Positions 19,171-26,165 of a DNA stretch of 32,000 nucleotides are shown piece after piece. The stretch spans positions 28,260 to 60,259 of the forward strand of contig NZ_JAQSDL010000029.1 in assembly GCF_029945895.1 (NCBI RefSeq), in the 5' to 3' direction. The notes under the pieces are model-generated. The model was not told the DNA's origin. It worked only from the letters and a program-made list of their open reading frames with translations, and did no database searches. This stretch comes from Polaromonas sp. GTDB taxonomy: Bacteria > Pseudomonadota > Gammaproteobacteria > Burkholderiales > Burkholderiaceae_C. The position numbers and the translations under genes are program-made. Each line of letters begins with the position of its first letter. The first letter of the stretch is position 1.

Positions 19171-19279
19171 GAAGTCTCCTTGGATTTTTTGGTTAAGGCT
19201 AAATCCGGCCACTGGCCGGGTATCGTGATGAGAGGTGCCATAGCGCCTCTGCGGGGTGGTGACTTTTATGCGAATGAAT

Positions 19280-20878
19280 CTACTGAAGTTTGTGGCTTGA
19301 CAGGATGGCCCGCGCACACTTCTCGCCGATCACCATGCAAGGGGCATTGGTGTTGCCGCCGATAACCGTAGGCATGATCGATGCGTCGGCGACACGCAGG
19401 CCCGAAAGCCCGTGCACCCGCAACTGCGCATCGACCACGGCCATGTCGTCATTGCCCATCTTGCAACTGCCGACCGGGTGGTAAATGGTTTCCGCACTGC
19501 GCCGGATGTAGGCCCGCAGATCCTTGTCGCTGCGCACGCCGGCACCCGGCGCCACTTCGCCGCCATTGATGTCGTGGAAGGCCTTGGCCTCAAAGATGCG
19601 TCGTGCAAGTTTCAGGCCACGCAGCATCTCGTCCCAGTCGTCGGCATGGCTCAGGTAGTTGGGCTGAATCATCGGTGCGGCCAGCGGATCGGCGCTTTTG
19701 AGGCCGATGAAACCACGGCTTTGGGGGCGCAACTGGCACATGTGCAAGGTGGCGCCGTAGCCGGGGGCCAGGTCACGGCCATGGTTTCGCAGGTAGGTCG
19801 GCAGGAAGTGAAATTGCACCTCTGGCAGCGCCGATTGTGGCGAGAGCCTGGCGAAACCCCCTGTCTCGGCCACGTTGCTGGACAGGAAGCCTTCGCGCTT
19901 GCGCCAGTATTGCCAGAGCCCGGCAAGTGCTTTCGGCAGGAAACCAGGCGCGACACCAATCGCCTGCTTGCTGCGGTCGCGGATCATCACCGTCACGTCG
20001 AGATGGTCCTGCAGGTTCTGGCCCACGCCCTGCAGGTCGGCGACCAGGTCGATGCCCAGGCCCGTCAATTGCTGCCTGGGTCCGACACCCGACAGCAGCA
20101 GCAGCTGCGGTGAATTGATGGCGCCGCCGCTCAGCACGATTTCACGTTCGGCCTCGATGCGCTGGCGTTCGCCTTTGCGTTCGATCTCGACCCCCACGGC
20201 CTGTTTGCCCGAGAAGAGGATGCGTGTGACATGGGCACCGGTGAGCACGGTCAGGTTCGGCCGGTCCATGACAGGGTGCAGGAAGGCCCGAGCGCTGCTC
20301 CAGCGTTCCCCGTTCTTCTGGGTCACCTGGTGAGGCCCCGCACCTTCCTGTTGCGCGCCGTTGAAGTCCATGTTGCGCGGAATGCCGCATTGCACGGCGG
20401 CGTCGATGAAGCGGCTCGACAACGGGTTGGGCGAGCGTACATCGGCAACGTTCAGTGGTCCATTTGTTCTGTGGTAGGTCGAGACACCGCGCTCGTTATT
20501 CTCATGTTCCATAAAGATCGGCAGCAGATCCTTGTAGGCCCATCCGGCGTTTCCCGCTGCTGCCCATGCGTCGTAATCAGCCTGTTGCCCGCGCATGTAG
20601 ACCATGGCATTGATCGAGCTGCTACCCCCGATTGTTTTTCCCCGTGGCCAGTACAGGCGACGACCTTCGAGTTCGGCTTGTGGTTCGGTGTCGAAATACC
20701 AGTTGTACTTGCGGGTGGCGAGCAAGCCCACGAGGCCCATGGGCGTGCGGATCAGCGGTGAGTCGTCGGACCGTCCCGCTTCGAGCAGGCACACGCGGTT
20801 CGACGGATCCGCGCTCAATCGGTTGGCCAAGACACAGCCGGCCGAACCGGCGCCCACGATGATGTAATCGAATTTCAA
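19280..20878 (-). CDS. GMC-family FAD oxidoreductase (AlkJ / choline-dehydrogenase-like alcohol dehydrogenase)
   Basis: N-terminal FAD fold FDYIIVGAGSAGCVLANRLS, GMC signature GGSSSINAMVYMRG, C-terminal HPVGSCKMG. Confidence 0.9.
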   Translation of the reverse strand: MKFDYIIVGAGSAGCVLANRLSADPSNRVCLLEAGRSDDSPLIRTPMGLVGLLATRKYNWYFDTEPQAELEGRRLYWPRGKTIGGSSSINAMVYMRGQQADYDAWAAAGNAGWAYKDLLPIFMEHENNERGVSTYHRTNGPLNVADVRSPNPLSSRFIDAAVQCGIPRNMDFNGAQQEGAGPHQVTQKNGERWSSARAFLHPVMDRPNLTVLTGAHVTRILFSGKQAVGVEIERKGERQRIEAEREIVLSGGAINSPQLLLLSGVGPRQQLTGLGIDLVADLQGVGQNLQDHLDVTVMIRDRSKQAIGVAPGFLPKALAGLWQYWRKREGFLSSNVAETGGFARLSPQSALPEVQFHFLPTYLRNHGRDLAPGYGATLHMCQLRPQSRGFIGLKSADPLAAPMIQPNYLSHADDWDEMLRGLKLARRIFEAKAFHDINGGEVAPGAGVRSDKDLRAYIRRSAETIYHPVGSCKMGNDDMAVVDAQLRVHGLSGLRVADASIMPTVIGGNTNAPCMVIGEKCARAILSSHKLQ

Positions 20879-20944
20879 GATTTGTCCCTATGCGATTCAG
20901 AGAAAAAAGAAATGCACCAGGCTAGCTCGGTGCAACCGAGGCCA

Positions 20945-22396
20945 TCAGACCAGACGCAGCGTCCAGTTGATCAGCCGTCGCGACAGATGGGTGTAGGGCG
21001 GGTAGAAGGTGGAGGCCAGCAACAGCCAGGTCTTGACGACCGCGCGCTCATGGCTGAAGGCCTTGAACCCGTAGATCCCGTGTGCGCTGCCCAAGCCGGA
21101 GTTGTTGACACCGCCAAAGGGCAGGCGGCCATGCAGGAACTGCACGACGCTGTGGTTGACGCAGGCACCGCCCGAACTCGTCTCGCGCAGCACCTTGTCG
21201 GCGACCTTGTGGTTCTTCGTCCAGATGTACAGCGCGAGCGGCTTGGGCTGGTCGTTGATCTTGGTTATGACTTCGTCGAGATCGCGGTAAGCAATGACGG
21301 GCAGCAACGGGCCGAAAATTTCCTCCTGCATGATCTTTGCATCCGGGCTGACGTTGTCGATCAAGGAGGGCGCGACGAACTGGCGATCTGTCTGGTGCTG
21401 GCCACCGGCCAGCAGTCTGGCACCTTTTTCAAGTGCGTCATCCAGCAGTCCGACGATGCGCTTGGCATGGCGCTCATTGACGATGTGCGCCAGGTGAGGG
21501 CTGGTGCGCACGGCATCTCCTTCACCGTAGGCTTTGGCCAGGGCTTGGCGGCAGTGCTCTACAAAAACATCCTTGACCGATTCGTGGACGTAGACGTGAT
21601 CCGGCGCAATACAGGTCTGGCCGCTGTTGGTGCATTTGGACCACATCAGGTTGGCCGCCGCGGCCTTCAGGTCCGCCGTGGCGTCAACGATGGTGGGGCT
21701 CTTGCCGCCCAGCTCCAGGGTCACGCTGGTCAGGTGCTTGGCCGCCGCGGCCATCACCACGCGGCCAATCGCCGGCGAGCCGGTAAAGAAGATGTGATCG
21801 AAGGGCAGATCCAGCAGCGCCTGCGAGACCGACGCGTCGCCCTGGAACAGGGCCACCTCGTCTTCGGGAAACACCTCGCGCACGATCTCCGCCATCAGCG
21901 CCGACAGGTGGGGTGTCATCTCCGAGGGTTTGAGAATGGCCGTGTTGCCGGCGGCGATGGCCGAGATCAGTGGGCCGAAGGTCAGGTTGACGGGATAGTT
22001 CCACGGCGAGATGATCAGGCAGCGGCCCTTGGGCTCGCACTGCACGTAGCTTGACGTGCCAAACATCAGCAGGGTCGGGAAAACCTTGTTCGGCTTCATC
22101 CAGCGGCGCAGATGGCGACGCGCATCGTTGGCTTCGGCCACGATGGGTAAAATTTCGGTCAGGTCGACCTCGGCGGCCGGTTTGCCGAAGTCCAGTGCGC
22201 CAGCGCGCTGAATGTCGGCCTGGCGCGCCAGGACGGCCCGCTTCAGGCGGTCGATCTTGTCGAGCCGCTGCGCGGCGGTTGATTGACGAAGCCGTAAGGC
22301 CGTCTCACGCTGCGCGGCGAAGATGCGGTCTATTTCCGGTTGTCCCGCCGGTTCGTCGGGGTTGACAAGCCGCATGGCATTGGAAGTCACCTTCAT
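20945..22396 (-). CDS. Aldehyde dehydrogenase, class-3/AlkH/CalB-like
   Basis: AGGAGA RBS precedes ATG 22396. Catalytic motifs ELGGKSP and NSGQTCIAPDHVYV. Confidence 0.88.
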   Translation of the reverse strand: MKVTSNAMRLVNPDEPAGQPEIDRIFAAQRETALRLRQSTAAQRLDKIDRLKRAVLARQADIQRAGALDFGKPAAEVDLTEILPIVAEANDARRHLRRWMKPNKVFPTLLMFGTSSYVQCEPKGRCLIISPWNYPVNLTFGPLISAIAAGNTAILKPSEMTPHLSALMAEIVREVFPEDEVALFQGDASVSQALLDLPFDHIFFTGSPAIGRVVMAAAAKHLTSVTLELGGKSPTIVDATADLKAAAANLMWSKCTNSGQTCIAPDHVYVHESVKDVFVEHCRQALAKAYGEGDAVRTSPHLAHIVNERHAKRIVGLLDDALEKGARLLAGGQHQTDRQFVAPSLIDNVSPDAKIMQEEIFGPLLPVIAYRDLDEVITKINDQPKPLALYIWTKNHKVADKVLRETSSGGACVNHSVVQFLHGRLPFGGVNNSGLGSAHGIYGFKAFSHERAVVKTWLLLASTFYPPYTHLSRRLINWTLRLV

Positions 22397-22481
22397 TTCT
22401 GTCTCCTGCATTTTATTTTGGTCTCGTATCACGTCGATTCGAGGTCGAAGTAAGTCTATTGAGATGCGCCATGGAAATCAC

Positions 22482-22497
22482 CCTAACGAAAGTTAGG
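22482..22497. promoter_or_regulatory. Perfect palindrome CCTAAC-GAAA-GTTAGG in the divergent control region
   Basis: Read directly from the sequence. Sits between the ALDH start (22396) and the pmoC start. Candidate operator or RNA hairpin. Confidence 0.25.
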
Positions 22498-22536
22498 TGC
22501 AACGTCGTGTGCTTCGATCTACCATTCTTCGAGTGT

Positions 22537-22551
22537 TGGCGCAAAGCTGGC
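22537..22551 (+). promoter_or_regulatory. Sigma-54-like -24/-12 element TGGCGC-N5-TGGC upstream of pmoC
   Basis: Matches TGGCAC-N5-TTGC at the GG/GC core with correct spacing and 2 flanking mismatches. No enhancer-binding protein gene in the window, so this is weak. Confidence 0.2.
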
Positions 22552-22598
22552 CGAGCCTCTTTCTTGCAAGTGGGTGGAGGCTAAGTGATTACCCTTAA

Positions 22599-22616
22599 TT
22601 CACACGATTCACACGA
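22599..22616 (+). repeat. Tandem direct repeat TTCACACGA x2 abutting the pmoC ribosome-binding site
   Basis: Two exact 9-nt copies, followed directly by AGGAGA (22618-22623). Confidence 0.6.
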
Positions 22617-22630
22617 CAGGAGACATGACA

Positions 22631-23440
22631 ATGAAAACAGTTTCAATTCAAGGTGCCGGGGGCATGCGGGTAGCCGGCGGCGAGGGAAAATCCTCCCGGG
22701 AGAAAATAGGTGCTCCGTGGGCCAAATTCTTTTTGGCGCTGCTTGCGTTCGCGGTGCTCTATACCGGCTATCGCATCTACTCCGAGGCGTCGGCGTTCAC
22801 ATACGGGCTCGACTATTTCAGCCACGAGTTCGATGTTTACTGGATGCGTCTGCTGTACGGACAGTTGCTGCTGATTGGCGCGCTGGGAACCGGGGCTCTG
22901 GTGTATCTATGGCGTACCCGTGAGCGGGATTTTTCCCGGATCGGGCCACGAGAGGAGGTGCGGCGCCTGTTCGTGCTGATGGCGCTCATTTTGCTGTTCG
23001 CCATCATGTTTTATGTGACCGGTTCGATCTACACGGAGGCCGATGCAGCCTGGCACCAGGTGACGATCCGGGATACTGATTTCACCCCCACCCACATTGG
23101 TCTGTTTTATTTCTGCGTGCCCTTGCTGGTGTTTTGGGGCTTCATCTCGTTCGCCTACGCTCACACGCGCATCCCGCTCTTTGGCAATCGCATTTCGCTG
23201 CCGTTCGCGATCATCGTCGCCGGCGCTTTCATGATCATGCCCAATGTGGGATTCAACGAGTGGGGTCACACTTTCTTCTATGCAGAGGAGTTGTTCGCCG
23301 CGCCGATTCACTATGGCTTTGTGTTGCTGGGCTGGTCTACGTTTGCGGCTGGTGGATTGCTCCTGCAGATACTGGGTCGCGTGGCCGAGCTGACGAAGCA
23401 GTCGGTGTCGCCGCAAGCCGAGCTTCAAGCGGCTCACTGA
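22631..23440 (+). CDS. pmoC: Copper membrane monooxygenase subunit C (PmoC/AmoC family)
   Basis: EADAAWHQVTIRDTDFTPTH and NEWGHTFFYAEELFAAPIHYGF reproduce PmoC metal-ligand spacing (D-x3-H-x12-H and N-x3-H-x13-H). Multi-TM protein. ATG 22631 is 7 nt after AGGAGA; ATG 22625 is an alternative. Confidence 0.92.
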   Translation: MKTVSIQGAGGMRVAGGEGKSSREKIGAPWAKFFLALLAFAVLYTGYRIYSEASAFTYGLDYFSHEFDVYWMRLLYGQLLLIGALGTGALVYLWRTRERDFSRIGPREEVRRLFVLMALILLFAIMFYVTGSIYTEADAAWHQVTIRDTDFTPTHIGLFYFCVPLLVFWGFISFAYAHTRIPLFGNRISLPFAIIVAGAFMIMPNVGFNEWGHTFFYAEELFAAPIHYGFVLLGWSTFAAGGLLLQILGRVAELTKQSVSPQAELQAAH

Positions 23441-23526
23441 TACGCCTTTCCGGGTAAATGCATCGGGGCTAGGTCTCGATGACAAGCTGTGCGCTTGACC
23501 TCCCAATTTATTTCTGGAGACTTTGA

Positions 23527-24279
23527 ATGTCCGTTTTGACTCCGGCTGAGGCCGCCTTTAGCCCGCAGGAAGCGGCCCGCGTTGATGCCCAGGTTGACTG
23601 GGTGGTCATTCCGCTCTTTGTGGTGCTTCTGGGGTCCGTATTCGCCTTCCAGTTTGCCTTGCTGGTGGGGGACTGGGATTACTGGATCGATTGGCGGGAC
23701 CGCCGTTATTGGCCGCTGGTCACGCCCTTGGTGCTGGTTATTCTGCCCGGCGTATTTGGATATGCCTTTTGGCATTTGCTGCGCATACCTCTGGGTGCGA
23801 CGCTGAGCATTATCGGGTTGACGCTGACGGGCTGGTTGAGCCGGTACTTGAACTTTCATGAGTTCGCGGGTTTTCCGATGAACATGGTGCTGCCGTCGAC
23901 TTTCATTGGCGTGGGTCTACTGATCGATTGCACCTTGCTGCTTACGCGCAGCTGGTTTTTCACGGGGATTTTTGCTGGCTTTCTTTCGGGGCTGCTTCTG
24001 TACCCAATGAACTGGCCACTGCTGGCTCCGTTCATGGTGCCGGTCGAAATGCACGGCACGCTGATGACGGTGGCGGACGTGATGGGTTTTGAGTACATCC
24101 GCACTGCCATGCCCGAATATGTGCGCATCATCGAGCAGAGTACTTTGAGGACATTCGGCGATGCAGTCACACCGCTGACGGCGGTTTTTGCTGGCTTCCT
24201 GACCATATTGAGCCTCTGGTTCTGGGCCTGGGTTGGCTCACTCGGTGTCAAGGCCGTGTGGCTGCGAAAAGTTGTTTAA
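23527..24279 (+). CDS. pmoA: Copper membrane monooxygenase subunit A (PmoA/AmoA family)
   Basis: Hallmark strings GDWDYWIDWRDRRYWP, PMNMVLPSTFIG, YIRTAMPEYVRIIEQSTLRTFGD. GGAGA RBS. Confidence 0.93.
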   Translation: MSVLTPAEAAFSPQEAARVDAQVDWVVIPLFVVLLGSVFAFQFALLVGDWDYWIDWRDRRYWPLVTPLVLVILPGVFGYAFWHLLRIPLGATLSIIGLTLTGWLSRYLNFHEFAGFPMNMVLPSTFIGVGLLIDCTLLLTRSWFFTGIFAGFLSGLLLYPMNWPLLAPFMVPVEMHGTLMTVADVMGFEYIRTAMPEYVRIIEQSTLRTFGDAVTPLTAVFAGFLTILSLWFWAWVGSLGVKAVWLRKVV

Positions 24280-24289
24280 GGAAGAGGTC

Positions 24290-25531
24290 ATGAATTTCAT
24301 TGCAAAATTGTTCGCAGTCATTCAAGGCCTGATCGTCGTCCTGGTCACGTTTTCGGCAACGCCGACGTATGCCCATGGTGAAAAGGCTCAGCAACCCGCT
24401 TTGCGCATGCGCACCGTGCATTGGTTTGACGTGGATTTGTCGACGCGCAAGCTCGATGTCAACCAGATTCTGGTCGTCAAGGGAACTTTTGTTCCTTCCC
24501 TGTCCTGGCCGGAGCATGTCGCGTCCATCGAGGACACCGCCTATCTCAATGTGGGCGTACCCGGGCCTTCTTTTGTGCGCCTGGACAGCCGCGTCAACGG
24601 TGTGCCCACCATACGCAGTAGTTCGTATAAGCGCGGTGAGCAGTACAACTTCGAGATCACGCTGAAGGCCCGCACACCCGGCCGCTATCACCTGCATCCC
24701 ATCATCAACGTCCAGGATGCCGGGCCGATGATTGGGCCCGGCATCTGGGTCGAGGTCGGGGGCGACCCGGCGGCATTTGACAACAGCATCAAAACCTTGT
24801 TCGGCCAAACCCTTGATTTGGAAACGCACGGCTTTGCCAATGCGGCTTCCTGGTCAGCGGTGTGGGTTGTGCTTGGTTTGGTCTGGTTTGGCTATTGGCT
24901 GACCAAGGTGCCTTTGATCTTGCCGAGGTTCCGGCGTGCCAGCGCGCTGGGTGAGAACGCCGACGACATGATCACCACGCGCGACCGTCAGGCGGCACTG
25001 GTTATCCTGGTGGCTACGCTGATGCTTATCGCTGGCGGGTTTTTCTATGCCACCGAGCGCTGGCCGGTCACGACGCCGCTACAGACCGGCAAGATCAAGA
25101 CGCCGCCCCTGAAGATGGCGCCTTCGCCGGTGTTGGTCACGATGGATGATGCACGCTACCGCATCCCGGGCCGGAGCTTCCGTATCGAGCTCACGGTAAC
25201 CAACAGCGGGAAGAGTCCCGTGAGCGTTGGTGAGTTTGCCTCAGGCGGCCTGCGCTTTATCAATTCCGCGGTGCTGAAGGTCACACCAAAAGACCAGGAC
25301 GATCTGGTCGCGACAGACGCGTTGCGCGTGGAGGGCGGCTCGATCAATCCAGGAGAAACGAAGAAGATCGTGGTCTATGCGGACGATGCGATGTGGGAGA
25401 CGCAGCGCATGACGACGATGATCTCCTCCCCGGATGCGGTGGTGGCCGGCATGCTGTTCTTCTTCGATGCGCAGGGCCGTCGCTATCCAGTAGAGATCAG
25501 CGGACCGATGATCCCTTTGTTCGGGGGGTAA
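24290..25531 (+). CDS. pmoB: Copper membrane monooxygenase subunit B (PmoB/AmoB family)
   Basis: Signal peptide ending TYA|HGEKAQQPALRMRTVHWFD (N-terminal His after cleavage), GRYHLHPIINV HxH motif, two central TM helices, C-terminal cupredoxin-like domain. Confidence 0.92.
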   Translation: MNFIAKLFAVIQGLIVVLVTFSATPTYAHGEKAQQPALRMRTVHWFDVDLSTRKLDVNQILVVKGTFVPSLSWPEHVASIEDTAYLNVGVPGPSFVRLDSRVNGVPTIRSSSYKRGEQYNFEITLKARTPGRYHLHPIINVQDAGPMIGPGIWVEVGGDPAAFDNSIKTLFGQTLDLETHGFANAASWSAVWVVLGLVWFGYWLTKVPLILPRFRRASALGENADDMITTRDRQAALVILVATLMLIAGGFFYATERWPVTTPLQTGKIKTPPLKMAPSPVLVTMDDARYRIPGRSFRIELTVTNSGKSPVSVGEFASGGLRFINSAVLKVTPKDQDDLVATDALRVEGGSINPGETKKIVVYADDAMWETQRMTTMISSPDAVVAGMLFFFDAQGRRYPVEISGPMIPLFGG

Positions 25532-26142
25532 TGGAGATGCGACTGATCCGAACGTTGAGTTCCGCGCTGCTGGCCGTGGCTGCGGTATCGGCATGGGCCC
25601 ATGGCGGGGTCGGCATTGAAGACGACAAGTGCATCCTGCGCATCGGCAGCGACCGGGCCCATTTCGCCGGCTACCAGCCCGAGCACCGTGCCAGTCAGGA
25701 GTTCTGCGAGGACATCCCCGAAGTCGGACGGGCAGTGATCGTGATTGACTTCATCCAGCCCGCGCTGCGCGAACGCGTGGTCGAGTTCCGCATCCTGCGT
25801 GACGCGGACGGGCTGGGTGCCAAGGCGCGCTACGAGGATCTTGGTGACACGGACCAAATCGCGCAGCGGACGATGGTGGCGCTGCCGGCCAAGGTTTATC
25901 CGCGCGGCACGGTCACCCTGGACCACAAGTTCAGCGAGCCCGGCTGGTACATCGGCCTGCTCAGCGCGACCGACCCGGCCAGCGGGAAGACGGAGACCTC
26001 GGTCTTTCCGTTCCGCGTCGGCGTGCGCAACTATTGGAAATACCTGCCATTGCCCTTGTTCTTTATCGGCATGGCCTGGCTCTTGTACCGGCTTACCAGA
26101 CAGCGGCGAAAACCCCCGATCACCGACGTACCTCAAAAGTAG
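25531..26142 (+). CDS. Exported, C-terminally membrane-anchored protein coupled to pmoB (candidate PmoD/AmoD-like accessory protein)
   Basis: ATG overlaps the pmoB stop (TAATG). Signal peptide ...AVSAWA|HGG. About 150-aa periplasmic domain with C34/H44/H52/C59. TM helix YLPLPLFFIGMAWLLY followed by RQRRK. Family assignment not verified. Confidence 0.7.
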   Translation: MEMRLIRTLSSALLAVAAVSAWAHGGVGIEDDKCILRIGSDRAHFAGYQPEHRASQEFCEDIPEVGRAVIVIDFIQPALRERVVEFRILRDADGLGAKARYEDLGDTDQIAQRTMVALPAKVYPRGTVTLDHKFSEPGWYIGLLSATDPASGKTETSVFPFRVGVRNYWKYLPLPLFFIGMAWLLYRLTRQRRKPPITDVPQK

Positions 26143-26165
26143 ACAGCATGAAAAAAGGAGACAAG

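Noticed and set aside
20882-22054. 390-aa plus-strand ORF
   Set aside because: Antisense shadow of the aldehyde dehydrogenase gene, whose catalytic motifs are on the minus strand. The 17488-18519 (+) ORF opposite the ligase and the 9234-10391 (-) off-frame ORF within the ACS-like gene are rejected as spurious for the same reason.
22564-22592. Sigma-70 promoter with -35 TTGCAA upstream of pmoC
   Set aside because: With 17-bp spacing the -10 would be GATTAC (3/6 match). The alternative TAAGTG is spaced too closely. Not convincing without TSS data.
22625-25531. Calling the operon a methane monooxygenase or ammonia monooxygenase
   Set aside because: Substrate cannot be read from the sequence. 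The window has no MxaFI/XoxF-type methanol dehydrogenase, C1 assimilation, or hao/cycAB genes. Instead it links to C2+ alcohol/aldehyde/acyl-CoA enzymes. pmo symbols are used only as family labels.
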